Of a stretch of DNA of 64,000 bases, positions 9,691 to 19,862 are shown piece by piece. The stretch lies in the NCBI GenBank assembly GCA_039180865.1, contig JBCDCZ010000002.1, positions 2,196 to 66,195 on the forward strand, in the 5' to 3' direction. The position numbers and the translations under genes were made by a program. The first letter of the stretch is position 1; each line of letters starts with the position of its first letter. The notes beneath the pieces are model-generated. The model worked only from the letters and a program-made list of their open reading frames with translations, searched no databases and was not told where the DNA came from. Source of the DNA: Pseudomonadota bacterium. GTDB taxonomy: Bacteria > Pseudomonadota > Alphaproteobacteria > Rhizobiales > JACESI01.

Positions 9691-10809
9691 TCACGTGGTG
9701 GCGAAGAACTTCGGACGGAAGAGGCGAAGCGCGATGGCGCCAACGCCTGTGAGCGCGACCGCCATCACGACGACCCAGCCGATCAACGGAATGAGCGCAA
9801 TCACGCCGACCGTAAGCGCGCCAACACCTGCTGAAAGCGCCCGTGCGCCAAAGCTCCCCGGTTCGGGGCGTCCGATTGCCATCAGCAAGCCAACGCCGAC
9901 CGCATAAGACGCCACCACATAGCCCGCAAAGACCGCAATCAGCGCAAGCAGCACGGCTGCCGGTGCGAGCGGGAGGCCGATCACCGAAATGAAGAGGATG
10001 AGCGTTGCACCGATGATCATCGACTCGGTCAAAAGCCCGTAGAAAAGTGTCCGCCAGGGTCTCGCCAGAATGGAGCGGCGAAGATCGGCAAGCCGTCCCG
10101 GCACGAGGGCTGCGATAAGGGACGCGACAGCGGCCACTGCGACAATGCCGATGAGGAAACCAAGCAAAGCCCTCGTGAAACTCTCAAATGTGAGAACCCG
10201 CGCTGCCGACCAGCCTGTTGCCTGCATACGCTCGATCCTGTCGGAAGAAATCACGCTTTCCGGGATTTCGATCGTGCCCGGCTTTTCTTCAAAAAGCGTG
10301 AGCCTGCCGTCGATCCTGGCGCCATCGTCGAACGCGACCTTCTTCGCAGTCATGCGGACATCGCCGCCAAGGACGGAAGAAATCCTGACGTCGCGGCCCG
10401 AAATCAGTGCGGTGCCTGAAACCGGCCCGGCGATGGTTAGGTTCGCGCCGGAAATTCTGAGATCACCCGCGACATCGGAAACATCGACATTGTAGCCAGC
10501 AAGCGTCGCATCGCCTGCGATCAGCTTGTTGACGGTCACATCCATTCCGGCGGCATAGGCATCGCCGCCAATCGCGCCCGTGACGACAATTTTCCGGCCT
10601 GCGAGATGGGCCGAGCCATTGATCGCCTCTTCGCTTCGGACAGTCGCGCCCGCCATGAAGAGGTCGTCAGCGCCAGTGGTTTTATTGATGGGCGCCGATC
10701 CGGCCATAAACCGATCGCCGTTCAAATCGAAGGGCTGTTTTTCTTCTGCCGCCTGGAGCGGTGAGACGGCGATGCCAAGCGCAATCGCCGCAAGCATTAA
10801 CCTGCACAT
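9691..10809 (-). CDS. Membrane protein with N-terminal bactofilin-like beta-helix repeats and C-terminal TM domain
   Basis: Signal peptide; repeats GD.(Y/F).AG..V.V; several C-terminal TM helices ending IPLIGW. Confidence 0.75.
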   Translation of the reverse strand: MCRLMLAAIALGIAVSPLQAAEEKQPFDLNGDRFMAGSAPINKTTGADDLFMAGATVRSEEAINGSAHLAGRKIVVTGAIGGDAYAAGMDVTVNKLIAGDATLAGYNVDVSDVAGDLRISGANLTIAGPVSGTALISGRDVRISSVLGGDVRMTAKKVAFDDGARIDGRLTLFEEKPGTIEIPESVISSDRIERMQATGWSAARVLTFESFTRALLGFLIGIVAVAAVASLIAALVPGRLADLRRSILARPWRTLFYGLLTESMIIGATLILFISVIGLPLAPAAVLLALIAVFAGYVVASYAVGVGLLMAIGRPEPGSFGARALSAGVGALTVGVIALIPLIGWVVVMAVALTGVGAIALRLFRPKFFATT

Positions 10810-10967
10810 GATGGTTCCCCGATTTTTGTGTTTATTGAGACGTTCCCGGGAATTCTACCTACGGAGAGATACGGTACCCTTGATGCACGTCAATGACGGA
10901 TCAAACCACAAAAGAGACACTATCTCCTTGAGGTGTCTTCTTTTTTTAACGATCGAACGGATCAGAT

Positions 10968-11348
10968 ATGACGCAGGACCACCCGAATATCGCTTTGATG
11001 AAAATGCTCGACCCGCGTGATCTCGACGCCTCCGAGCAACGGTTCGCCGAGACCTTTGTGTGGCATTACATCAACCCCAACCTGCCAGATCTTGAGGGGG
11101 ATTATATCGGTTTCGAGGGCCTGAAACGATTCTTCGGGGCTCTCGCCGGAAAGACCGCCGGCACTTTCAGAGTAGAACCTCTTTCCATCTCAGCCGCAGG
11201 CGACGAGCTTGTGGTGACACATGTGCGCGATACGATGAAGCTTGCGGGCGTCGAGACCGTGGTCGATGCGGTCGTTGTCTGGCGGATCGTTGGCGGCAAA
11301 TTCGCTGAAGCCTGGGATATCCCGACTGCCTACACTTTTCCCGATTGA
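10968..11348 (+). CDS. SnoaL-like / NTF2-fold protein
   Basis: F...FVWH, G.Y.G.EGL..FF, VVWRIVGGKFAEAWD. Confidence 0.8.
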   Translation: MTQDHPNIALMKMLDPRDLDASEQRFAETFVWHYINPNLPDLEGDYIGFEGLKRFFGALAGKTAGTFRVEPLSISAAGDELVVTHVRDTMKLAGVETVVDAVVVWRIVGGKFAEAWDIPTAYTFPD

Positions 11349-11410
11349 TGGGATTGGGAGTGGTTAAAAAATAACCTGTCGGAATGCTGTACGCTGGTTT
11401 TACTTGCCAA

Positions 11411-12292
11411 TCACTCCGCGCTCCCTCCCTCACCTCTCAATGCCTGGTCCAACAAGGCGACCAATTCTCTCTGGGTGTCTTCGTTTGCCACCGCTTTCGG
11501 CAGTGTTCTGAATTTCCGGTTCGCAACAAACAGACCAGAGCGTCCGTTGAACGCTTCTGGATCTGCGCTCGCGACAACCTTCGCCGCCTGCTTATCCGGC
11601 GCGCTGAACAACAAAGGCGCGAGCCATTGCAGCGGTTTCGGCATTGCTGAGTTTCCGCTTGTGGTCATCGCGGTTCTTGTTGCGCCCGGATCGATCGCGC
11701 GGATCAGAATATTGTCGTCTGCAAGCCTTTCGCTCAGGGCTGGCGCAAGCGCTGTCGCCGCCAATTTTGTCTGTCCATAAGTGCTCATTAATCCGCCCAC
11801 TTTGCCGGGCCTAGCGAGGTCATGCAGTTTCAGAGACTTTTGCGCGTTTACAGCACTTGACGAAAAGATCACGACCATTGCGGGTGTCTGACCCAACGGC
11901 CGCGCCATTTTTCCGGTAAGGCCCATGGTCAGGTGATACCTGGCCAGCACATTCACCGCGAATTGCGATTCAAATCCCTGCGCGCTCAACATTCTTTGTG
12001 CAGTCAGAACCCCTGAGTTGTTGTAAAGCGTGTCAATGCGCCCCGGCAGACGATAAATCGTGTCAATCGCTGCCTGGATCTCAACCGTATCCATCAGATC
12101 TGCAATGATGATTTCAATCCTCAAAGACGGATTGACGGAAAGAAGTTCAGTCTTCTGCGACTGCGATTTTGCTTCAGATCGATTGACCAGAATCAGATCC
12201 TTGCCTGCGGTTGCGAGTTGTTTGGCAATCTCGCTCCCAATGCCACCTGTAGACCCTGTAATGACAGTCCAATTTGCATCAGTCTCGGTCAT
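11411..12292 (-). CDS. Short-chain dehydrogenase/reductase
   Basis: ITGSTGGIG, NNSG, YGQTK catalytic motif. Confidence 0.9.
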   Translation of the reverse strand: MTETDANWTVITGSTGGIGSEIAKQLATAGKDLILVNRSEAKSQSQKTELLSVNPSLRIEIIIADLMDTVEIQAAIDTIYRLPGRIDTLYNNSGVLTAQRMLSAQGFESQFAVNVLARYHLTMGLTGKMARPLGQTPAMVVIFSSSAVNAQKSLKLHDLARPGKVGGLMSTYGQTKLAATALAPALSERLADDNILIRAIDPGATRTAMTTSGNSAMPKPLQWLAPLLFSAPDKQAAKVVASADPEAFNGRSGLFVANRKFRTLPKAVANEDTQRELVALLDQALRGEGGSAE

Positions 12293-12334
12293 CGGTTACC
12301 TCTTCTAAGACGTGCACACGGTGTATTTCTTCAT

Positions 12335-12350
12335 AGTGTATATGTAAACT
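12335..12350. promoter_or_regulatory. Probable MarR operator
   Basis: Imperfect palindrome AGTGTATATGTAAACT in the short SDR/MarR divergent spacer. Confidence 0.45.
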
Positions 12351-12365
12351 TATTGAGGTTCGCAA

Positions 12366-12791
12366 GTGACACTTTCTCCGGCTGACGCTCTTTGTGAATT
12401 CGTGCCACCATTTCTTCGCTTCCTGCGGGAGGGGACTGCGAAGATCGATCTGTCTCCTGCCCGGTTTCAGATCCTGCAGGCGCTGCGTCAGGCGCAACCC
12501 AGCTCGATGGTGGAACTCGCTGACAGATTGTCGGTCACCAAACGCAACATCACGAGCCTTGTTGATGCGCTTGAAATGGATGGATTGGTCAAACGAAGCC
12601 CGCATCCGACCGACAGGCGGTCGAAACTCGTCGCTCTGACCGAGAAGGGCGAGGCAACGTCCCGGGAAGCTGCAAAGCTTCAAAGACAACATCTTGAAGA
12701 CCTGATCGCCACTCTGACGCTGGAACAGCAGGCTCTGATGGCTGAAGCGCTCGTACAGCTCACCGAAGCGATGACGTTAGATCGTGGCTAG
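12366..12791 (+). CDS. MarR-family regulator
   Basis: LADRLSVTKRNITSLVDALE..GLVKR.PHPTDRRSKLV.LT.KG. Confidence 0.92.
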   Translation: MTLSPADALCEFVPPFLRFLREGTAKIDLSPARFQILQALRQAQPSSMVELADRLSVTKRNITSLVDALEMDGLVKRSPHPTDRRSKLVALTEKGEATSREAAKLQRQHLEDLIATLTLEQQALMAEALVQLTEAMTLDRG

Positions 12792-12854
12792 GAGCCCGAC
12801 GTTGCCGAATAAGATGAAATTCAGACGGTGTTGAGCCGGCAGCGGCGACGGGCC

Positions 12855-13652
12855 TTATTGTGATGTGCGATGGGGTGAGCGTTGCAGCCCTTTAATGCGC
12901 CAGCGAAAATCGCAATAGGCCGAGCCATCCGCAATCGTCTGCGAGCGTACCAGATCAACCCCGAAAGTTTCCGCGGCGCCATAGTCGAGGTTGCACGCCC
13001 CAAAGGGCGTCGCTTCGGGTGAGCCCATCGTCTTGAAGTAATCGGCAAGCGGGCAGCGCGTCACGTCGAAGGCGACCACTTCGCCCTCTTCCGGCTTTCT
13101 TTGGCGGTGGATGAAGGCAGCGGAGAAGAAATAGCCGGTCAGGATACTGAGGACCCATTTGACCCGCGCGCCCCTTTTTGCGCTTCTCAGCCTTGAGACG
13201 GTATAAAGAAATGCGGGCGACGGTCGGTAGACCTTCATGCCGACTGCTTCGATGATCGGCCCCGCCTCCTTTAGAGGAAGCCGGTGATCCTTGAGTGCAC
13301 GATAAAGTGCCAGGTTCCACTCCATTTGCCGCATCATCATGTTGACGGAAAAAGTATGGCGAGGACGGTTTGGCTTGAGCCGCCTTTGCCAGCGTAAGGT
13401 CTGTGCCCAGATCTCTTCCCAGCCATAGGGGAACCGTTCCCTCAGTGTAGGGAGGGCAGCCTGCCGAAACGCGTAATTCGGCGCAAACACATAATAAAAA
13501 AGATCGAGAGTCATCATCCGCCTTTCCGACACCCTTTTCCAGGGCCCTCTTCGGGCAATCAAACTGAGGGATTCTACGTGGGAATTGGGCAGCTGTCCTT
13601 GCGCTCGATCAATAACGCACGGGTCGATCACTGTGCGGTTATATATCGACAC
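12855..13652 (-). CDS. L-2-amino-thiazoline-4-carboxylate hydrolase-like protein (true start may be about 13517)
   Basis: FDVTRCPLADYF, CNLDY, L.RSQTIADG..YCDFRW motifs. Confidence 0.78.
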   Translation of the reverse strand: MSIYNRTVIDPCVIDRAQGQLPNSHVESLSLIARRGPWKRVSERRMMTLDLFYYVFAPNYAFRQAALPTLRERFPYGWEEIWAQTLRWQRRLKPNRPRHTFSVNMMMRQMEWNLALYRALKDHRLPLKEAGPIIEAVGMKVYRPSPAFLYTVSRLRSAKRGARVKWVLSILTGYFFSAAFIHRQRKPEEGEVVAFDVTRCPLADYFKTMGSPEATPFGACNLDYGAAETFGVDLVRSQTIADGSAYCDFRWRIKGLQRSPHRTSQ

Positions 13653-14376
13653 TCAAACCGTCATAGGCGCATTCGTGGGAAAGCGCTCCCACGCGCGACA
13701 GCATGTCGTCATTCATATGGGTGAGGATGAGACGCTTCGGCTGAATCAAAGGAAGCTTTTCTTCCAGCGTTCTCAAATCGAGATGAAGCGGTACCTTCTT
13801 CTCATAGAAATACGCTTCGGCAATCATGAGATCGGCATTGCGGCCGATGTCGATCAAAGCGTCCGTCCACTCCGTATCGCCGGTATAGGAAAGGATCTTT
13901 CCCTCAGCCCCGATCCTGTAAGCATGAAACGGACCTTCCGGCTTGCCGTGCCGCACACGAGCGGTTGTCACTTTCACATCGTCGAAACGCACGGTCTCGC
14001 CGGGTGAAAGCTCTTGAAGCGTGAGCTCGAATTTCGGGTGAACCTTTGACGAGCCCGGAAAGGTCGTCTCCATCACGCGGATATACCAGTCTTCGAGGCC
14101 AACTGGGCCAAAGATTGAAAGCGGCCGATGGCGTTTTGAGAAGAATTGCGCGTCGAGCATAAAGTAAGGAATGCCGCCGAAGTGATCGCCGTGAAAATGG
14201 GTGATCAGGATCGCGTCGATTGTATTCGGATCAAGGTTTTGGGCTTTGAGCGCAATCATGGAAGACGCGCCGCAATCAATTAAAAATGCGCCCGTTTCGT
14301 GGCTCACATGAAAGCAGGTGTTAAACCGCCCGCCGCTTCCAAACGCATCGCCCGATCCTGCAAAGGTGATCTTCAT
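13639..14376 (-). CDS. Metallo-beta-lactamase fold hydrolase (RNase Z/BN-like)
   Basis: GSGDAFGSGGR, LIDCG, THFHGDH, YTGDT, LTH. Confidence 0.92.
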   Translation of the reverse strand: MKITFAGSGDAFGSGGRFNTCFHVSHETGAFLIDCGASSMIALKAQNLDPNTIDAILITHFHGDHFGGIPYFMLDAQFFSKRHRPLSIFGPVGLEDWYIRVMETTFPGSSKVHPKFELTLQELSPGETVRFDDVKVTTARVRHGKPEGPFHAYRIGAEGKILSYTGDTEWTDALIDIGRNADLMIAEAYFYEKKVPLHLDLRTLEEKLPLIQPKRLILTHMNDDMLSRVGALSHECAYDGLSVDI

Positions 14377-14448
14377 GCCCTTATTCCATTTGGTGTGACC
14401 GGAATAAAGCCGATTGGGCGGGATGCAGAGGAACTGAGCCTTCGACCC

Positions 14449-14751
14449 TCAAACATTCACCACATCGTGCCAGTCGGGATGCTTCAATGCCTGTGCTCTA
14501 AAAAACGGGCAGAGCGGCATGATTTTGAGACCCTTTTCGCGCGAATCCGCCACGACGCGCGCGGCAAGGGCAGCGCCGACGCCAAGGCGGCGAAAACTGT
14601 CCGGCACGCCGGTATGATCGACAATGATCATCGTGCTTCCGGCCTTGGAAAACGTCAGTTCACCCGGTTCGTCATGGCCGTCAACCACCGCAACATAGCG
14701 CCCCTTGCTGTCGCCGTCTTCCAGCGTGATCGTCACCTTCTCTGCTGCCAT
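14449..14751 (-). CDS. Small GNAT acetyltransferase (YjdJ-like)
   Basis: IIVDHTGVP..FR..GVG..L, I.PLCPF. Confidence 0.88.
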   Translation of the reverse strand: MAAEKVTITLEDGDSKGRYVAVVDGHDEPGELTFSKAGSTMIIVDHTGVPDSFRRLGVGAALAARVVADSREKGLKIMPLCPFFRAQALKHPDWHDVVNV

Positions 14752-14765
14752 CGGAACAGTTCCTT

Positions 14766-15719
14766 CTATTGGGGCGCTATGCGTGGGACACCCGGTTCGC
14801 CGAGCGCACATTCAAGCGCCGCGCGATCCCATTTACCAGTGATCGCGGCTGCCTCATAGGTGGATTGCAGGAAATGAAGAAGCGTTTCTTCCGGATCGTC
14901 TGACCTGCGCACGGCCTCATAAGGCAGAAGGAACTCGCCAAGGTCTTTGCTCCAATAGGCTTCCTCCGGGAAGACGGGGTGGTCAGAGAACACGTCCGGC
15001 GTCGGATAGCAGTAAGAATAAAACATCGGCTCGCCAACGCCGGCACCTGCCCAAAACCCGGCGGATGAGACTTCATGGGAATAGGCTTCGCGCGTCACGC
15101 TATCGGGAAGGTTCGGAACCCCGCCTGGATGGGGCGGCGCCTCGCGGCCTGAAAAACGGGTGACGGCGAGATCGAACGAGCCCCAGAAGAGATGGGCCGG
15201 CGAGGATTTGCCCAAGTAAGACGTGCGGAAGCGCGAAAAGACCGATTCAATGCGGATAAGTGCTGCATGAAACCGTTCAACCGCGTCCCGGTCATAAGGG
15301 CGTTCCACGGTGTCCTTCACGAAAGGGACCGCATCCTTGATTTCATTCGGGCTTCCATGAATTGCGAAGGTCTGGCCGAGCCCCTCAACTGCATAAGCGA
15401 CCCTGCGGTGGAATTCCGCGATGCTCATAACTTCCAGCGCAAAAGCCTCACGGCGGCCGCCGGTCGTCTCAGCAACAAAAATATGATCGTAGAGATCGAG
15501 TGTCAGTGTCGTTTGATCCGCTCCGTTCGGAATCGGCCCGGTGGTGAGCCCGCGTGGTGTGATGTAAAGCGTCGCGTGCCAGGAATGGATCATCCAGGGT
15601 GTGAGCGCGAGACGGTATTTACCGATGATCTGGCTCCAGAGATGAAGGGCATCATGGGTTTTTACCCAGGGCTCGAACGGAATGTCGGGCCAGGGTTTAT
15701 CTTTTGGTGCGATCGTCAT
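14766..15719 (-). CDS. DUF5996-family protein
   Basis: LHLWSQIIGK, HSWH..LY...RGLTT, FWGSFDLAVTRFSGR, EAYSHEVSSAGFW. Confidence 0.85.
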   Translation of the reverse strand: MTIAPKDKPWPDIPFEPWVKTHDALHLWSQIIGKYRLALTPWMIHSWHATLYITPRGLTTGPIPNGADQTTLTLDLYDHIFVAETTGGRREAFALEVMSIAEFHRRVAYAVEGLGQTFAIHGSPNEIKDAVPFVKDTVERPYDRDAVERFHAALIRIESVFSRFRTSYLGKSSPAHLFWGSFDLAVTRFSGREAPPHPGGVPNLPDSVTREAYSHEVSSAGFWAGAGVGEPMFYSYCYPTPDVFSDHPVFPEEAYWSKDLGEFLLPYEAVRRSDDPEETLLHFLQSTYEAAAITGKWDRAALECALGEPGVPRIAPQ

Positions 15720-15932
15720 GGGGCCAGACCTTTCCCGACTGCCGGTTTTTTCTAAGATTTAGGCCATATCGACGTTATCGCAATGGCAGTTAATACCAAG
15801 TCCGCAGGATTGCGTTTTGGGGTGTGTGAATGTGTGTATTAAAGTCGATTCAAGGGTTCGAGCTGTCCGACACGCCTTGGTTTCAGGGGCTTTTTCAATT
15901 GTTTTCTCTTATAAAATAGATTAGAACATACC

Positions 15933-16412
15933 ATGAACATTATAGAGGCAGTGATGAGCGATTTGAGCGACTATGACGCAAAGTCCGGTACTCTTGTGCC
16001 GGTTTTTACCGTGGAAGTACAGACACTTCCTGAAGATACCGACCGTATTCTCGACGAAGTCATGAAGGTCCATCCGCTCAGCTTCGGACGCTATCAGCGC
16101 AATGCCAGCATTTCGGCAGTCGGCAAGGAAACGGCGCAACCGGAATCCAATTCGACAACGACAAGCCATGTTCCGGGCTTTCAGGCGGGATCAACTGAGA
16201 CCTATCCGATGGTGGAATTGAAGATCTCCATAGAGCGCGACCTCGATCAGCTCGCCCAGGTAATGGATGCGATCATCTATGCCCACCATTACGAAGAGCC
16301 GGTCATTTTCGTGCGAGAGGATTGGGCAAGCCGCGCGGCCTATGATCCAAAGAGCGACAATCCCAACCGCTGGTGGAACAATGGCAAGGGCCTGCCGGAC
16401 CGACTTGAGTGA
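15933..16412 (+). CDS. Conserved hypothetical protein resembling the NIF3-insert/YqfO PII-like domain
   Basis: PL.FGRY, AHHYEEPVI motif. Confidence 0.6.
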   Translation: MNIIEAVMSDLSDYDAKSGTLVPVFTVEVQTLPEDTDRILDEVMKVHPLSFGRYQRNASISAVGKETAQPESNSTTTSHVPGFQAGSTETYPMVELKISIERDLDQLAQVMDAIIYAHHYEEPVIFVREDWASRAAYDPKSDNPNRWWNNGKGLPDRLE

Positions 16413-16688
16413 CGTTGGATGAGAGGACGTGCTATTCGCTTGTTTCCCCGGCCTCCGAGCTGGCCTCCGAGCTGGAGCCCAAAAAAACGTGGGGCCGACG
16501 ACTGTAGGTGATCGCTGTCCCACTTCGCCCGTTCAGAAATAAACTGGCGCTATAGAGCCAATCTCCCCTGCTCCCGATCAAACTGAACGTTCGTGCTGGA
16601 TCCCGACTCAAAACAGAGTTTACAACGTTAAAGGACCGTGAGGTTCAGGCGTGATCCGGCGCAAAAAGCGAAGTCCCCTCACGCCGCC

Positions 16689-17171
16689 TCAGCCGTCAAC
16701 CCTTCTTCCCGTTGCAAACTCATAGGACCGCGCGACAATGGTTTTTACTGTCTCCAGTTCATCCCCATTGCGCGGAGAGTAGACCATGATGAGGCCGGGA
16801 GGAAGGCGCCCGAGTGTAACGAGAAAGTGGTCCTCACCGAATCCCGCTTCGATCACCACTTTGGCATCCTCTGGCGTCACTTGAACATGCATGCTTCCAT
16901 TGTCTGGATGCGGGTGAATATGGGCAAATTCCCGCCCGATCATGAACGCGTCGTGATTACACTTGCACTCTTCGTGCAGAACAAGCGCCCGGGCGCCTGG
17001 AACAGAAATCCCGCTATGCTCGTTCGCAACGTTCGGCAGCGAAAAACACCATTCGTGAAGTTTCTCAATCACGTCATCCGGCCCATGCTGATTAAGCTGT
17101 GCATGGGGGATCCGGCTGGTTGTGTCCGGTTTTGGCCCGACGCGCTGGGGCAGAGTGAGTGCTGATGCCAT
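16689..17171 (-). CDS. DUF5519 luciferase-like domain protein
   Basis: IPHAQL, SVPGARAL, REFAHIHP..DNGSMH, YSPRN..ELE. Confidence 0.8.
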   Translation of the reverse strand: MASALTLPQRVGPKPDTTSRIPHAQLNQHGPDDVIEKLHEWCFSLPNVANEHSGISVPGARALVLHEECKCNHDAFMIGREFAHIHPHPDNGSMHVQVTPEDAKVVIEAGFGEDHFLVTLGRLPPGLIMVYSPRNGDELETVKTIVARSYEFATGRRVDG

Positions 17172-17254
17172 TGGGGTCTCCATCCGATTGCATGGACTGA
17201 ATATGACTGCTATTTTTCGCAAACCAATTCACTCTTTTTGCAAACAGCTTTTGC

Positions 17255-18163
17255 ATGAAAGCACAGCGCAGCCGAAAAGATCAAAACCTGGACTGGGCCG
17301 ACATCCCTTACCTTCTCTCCGTATGCGAGGCAGGAAGCCTATCGGGTGCTGCGAAGGCAATGGGCGTCAATCATTCGACTGTGTTCCGCCGAGTTGAAAG
17401 CGTAGAGGCGAAACTCGGCGTACGGCTTTTTGAGCGCCTTAGCCGCGGCTATGTGATGACCCCTGCGGGCGAGCTCTTTTACGAACGTGCGATCCTTCTC
17501 TGCGATGGGCTTGACGGGATCGAGCGCGAACTCGGCGGTCGGGATCTACGCCTTGAAGGCCGCCTTACCGTTACAACGACGGACTCCCTTCTCCATTGTC
17601 TGGCGCCAGTCTTTTCCGCCTTTCAACAAAAGCATCCGGATGTGGAGTTGCGCCTGGTATCGGATGTCCGTGGGCTTGATCTCATGCAGCGCGATGCGGA
17701 TATTGCCCTCCGCCCGACCGACAATCCCCCGGAGCACTGGGTCGGTAGAAAACTCGCTCCCCTCTCCTTCGCAACCTATGCACATGAGGGTTACTGGAAG
17801 GCGGCACGTGACTTGCCGGAAGAAGACCACCGCTGGGTGATGCTCGGCGATGATCTCAATCAGTCGCCGATGAGCCGGATTACCATCAACCGAAAACATG
17901 AAAACGCAAAAGTCACGGTACTGAACACGATGATGAGCGTTTTCGATCTCGTTTCATCCGGATTCGGGATCGCCGCCATGCCCTGCTATCTCGGCGACAC
18001 GCAGGAAAAGCTCGTCCGCCTTCACGAACCAGATGACACCGCCAACTGGCATTTGTGGCTTCTCGCACACCCGGATGTACGCCGTAGCGCGCGGGTGAAT
18101 GCGTTTTACGATTTCGCAACGTCGAACATTACGGCCAAGTTTTTTGGAATGCCTGATCCGTAG
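17255..18163 (+). CDS. LysR-family regulator
   Basis: GSLSGAAKAMGVNHSTVFRR; LWLLAHPDVRRSARV. Confidence 0.93.
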   Translation: MKAQRSRKDQNLDWADIPYLLSVCEAGSLSGAAKAMGVNHSTVFRRVESVEAKLGVRLFERLSRGYVMTPAGELFYERAILLCDGLDGIERELGGRDLRLEGRLTVTTTDSLLHCLAPVFSAFQQKHPDVELRLVSDVRGLDLMQRDADIALRPTDNPPEHWVGRKLAPLSFATYAHEGYWKAARDLPEEDHRWVMLGDDLNQSPMSRITINRKHENAKVTVLNTMMSVFDLVSSGFGIAAMPCYLGDTQEKLVRLHEPDDTANWHLWLLAHPDVRRSARVNAFYDFATSNITAKFFGMPDP

Positions 18164-18196
18164 GGCATCAAGAGGAGGTGGGTTCCTGTCATTCCC

Positions 18197-18568
18197 TCAC
18201 CCTTTGTCGGCGAGCCACGCCTCCGCCTTATCAACCTCAGTGAGCCCGAAACCCTTGATCTCGATACCTGGAAAGAGTGCGCCTTCGACTTCGGCAGCCG
18301 TCTTGATCCAGCCGGCATCAGTCAAAACCGCGCAGCGGTCGAACTTTCCGAGGAGCCCGAAGAGTTTCGGCAGGCGGGCCATCTCAACACCCAAGGCCCC
18401 AAGGCTCGGCCAGGCCATCTCAGGGATCGTGTAAAGCATCCGGCCATTTTCGATGCCTTCCGACTTTTCTATGAGATCGTCGAGCGCTTTACGCATCGTG
18501 TCTGAATCGATTGCTCCGCTCACATGGAGATCGACACGGTTTGCCGAAGGTTTGGTGATTTCGAACAT
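18197..18568 (-). CDS. SpoIIAA-like STAS/SEC14 domain protein
   Basis: KFDRCAVLTD..WI, FPGIEIK.F...E...AEAWL. Confidence 0.85.
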   Translation of the reverse strand: MFEITKPSANRVDLHVSGAIDSDTMRKALDDLIEKSEGIENGRMLYTIPEMAWPSLGALGVEMARLPKLFGLLGKFDRCAVLTDAGWIKTAAEVEGALFPGIEIKGFGLTEVDKAEAWLADKG

Positions 18569-18667
18569 TGAAGGTTCTCCCCGAAAACGCTTTCGCTACC
18601 TCCTTCATTAGGTGGGCGGCAGCAGTCGGATCTGCAACCTTTTCAAGCAAACCGACGGGAAGAAAAT

Positions 18668-19267
18668 CTACCTAGCGACCCCGTCCAATATCTGATCAAC
18701 CATTGTCTCAGGCTCAGGCCATGGATGGTTGCGGATCGTATTGTAACAAAGGCAGGCACCGATCAGGCTGGATATCAGTCCGTCGGCCCGTCTTCCAACC
18801 CCCCCGGCACCGCCGCCCATCACATCACCGACCAGCTTACGGAAGATTTGGAACTGTGCTTCTGTCCCGGTGTCGGTCAGGAATGCGTCGACATTGGGCC
18901 TGCTGACGTCGTTCGACATGAAGACGAGGCGGAAATGATCCGGGTTTTCCACCCAATACGTGACAAAGGCGATTGCAGCTGTTTTCAGCCGTTCCAGCGG
19001 ATCCGAAACATCCGTAAGGCGTTTAAGGATCTCATCCCCCATTTCTGCAAGGATATGATCCCAGAGCTGCATCAGGATCTCGGTTTTCCCGTCAAAATGG
19101 GCATAGAGCGTTGTCGCGGAGCATCCAACATCTCGTGAAAGCCGCCGCATGGAAACCGCCTCAAAGCCCTCTTCCTTGTAAATCGCAAGGGCTGCCGCGG
19201 CGATCTTTTGACGAAAGCGGATTATCTCGTCTTCGCTCCGTGGGGGGCGCCCGACGGTCTTCACCAT
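18668..19267 (-). CDS. TetR/AcrR-family regulator (WHG-type C-terminus)
   Basis: GRPPRS, GFEAVSMRRL...VGCSATTLYAHF.GK. Confidence 0.92.
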   Translation of the reverse strand: MVKTVGRPPRSEDEIIRFRQKIAAAALAIYKEEGFEAVSMRRLSRDVGCSATTLYAHFDGKTEILMQLWDHILAEMGDEILKRLTDVSDPLERLKTAAIAFVTYWVENPDHFRLVFMSNDVSRPNVDAFLTDTGTEAQFQIFRKLVGDVMGGGAGGVGRRADGLISSLIGACLCYNTIRNHPWPEPETMVDQILDGVAR

Positions 19268-19286
19268 ATCAGAACTCCGATATATT

Positions 19287-19351
19287 TGTAACGCGTTTCA
19301 ATTAAACGTTGCGTTGAGTACTGTATATAATATATGTAACGCGTATCAATT
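19287..19351. promoter_or_regulatory. Two TetR operator-like sites
   Basis: TGTAACGCGTTTCAATT (19287-19303) and TGTAACGCGTATCAATT (19335-19351), near-palindromic, in the divergent spacer. Confidence 0.7.
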
Positions 19352-19388
19352 TATTTAAACCAGCCGAAAGCCGGAGGATTGCGAGGCG

Positions 19389-19817
19389 ATGATCAACGGA
19401 CTTCTCCTGAAGGTGGTGCTCATCCTCGCCGGGCTCGCAATCATGGCGCTCGGCCTCAATATCGGCCTCGGCGGTATTCAGACACTCGGCTGGCAGGTGT
19501 CGGACCCCTACCTCACGGTTACCAATCACGCCCTCTTCACGGTTCAGGACAACCATATCCGTTTCATCGGCGGCCTCTGGTTTTGTATCGGTGCGATCTT
19601 TTTCTTGGGCGCGATTTTTCAGACTACCCTTCGCGCCACCCTCATCATCTTGTGTTTAGCTGTCGGGTTTGCGGGTTTGTTCCGGCTGAGTGGGGCTGAC
19701 GTTCTCAACGCGGCAATCCTTCCCTCTCTGGCGCTGGAGTTGATCGCGTTTCCTCTGCTTGCTCTTTGGATCTCTCGCACCGGAAAGACCGCACCGCCAT
19801 CGACTGTTCCAGTATAG
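19389..19817 (+). CDS. DUF4345-family membrane protein
   Basis: QDNHIRFIGGLW, G.FRL, LEL..FPLL motifs; 4 TM. Confidence 0.8.
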   Translation: MINGLLLKVVLILAGLAIMALGLNIGLGGIQTLGWQVSDPYLTVTNHALFTVQDNHIRFIGGLWFCIGAIFFLGAIFQTTLRATLIILCLAVGFAGLFRLSGADVLNAAILPSLALELIAFPLLALWISRTGKTAPPSTVPV

Positions 19818-19862
19818 ATCTGCTCCCCGTGTCTCATACGACACTTTCGAAACCTGAAGTCT

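Noticed and set aside
16450-16475. Short tandem duplication GGCCTCCGAGCT x2
   Set aside because: Only two copies, with no flanking inverted repeats or other sign of a mobile element.
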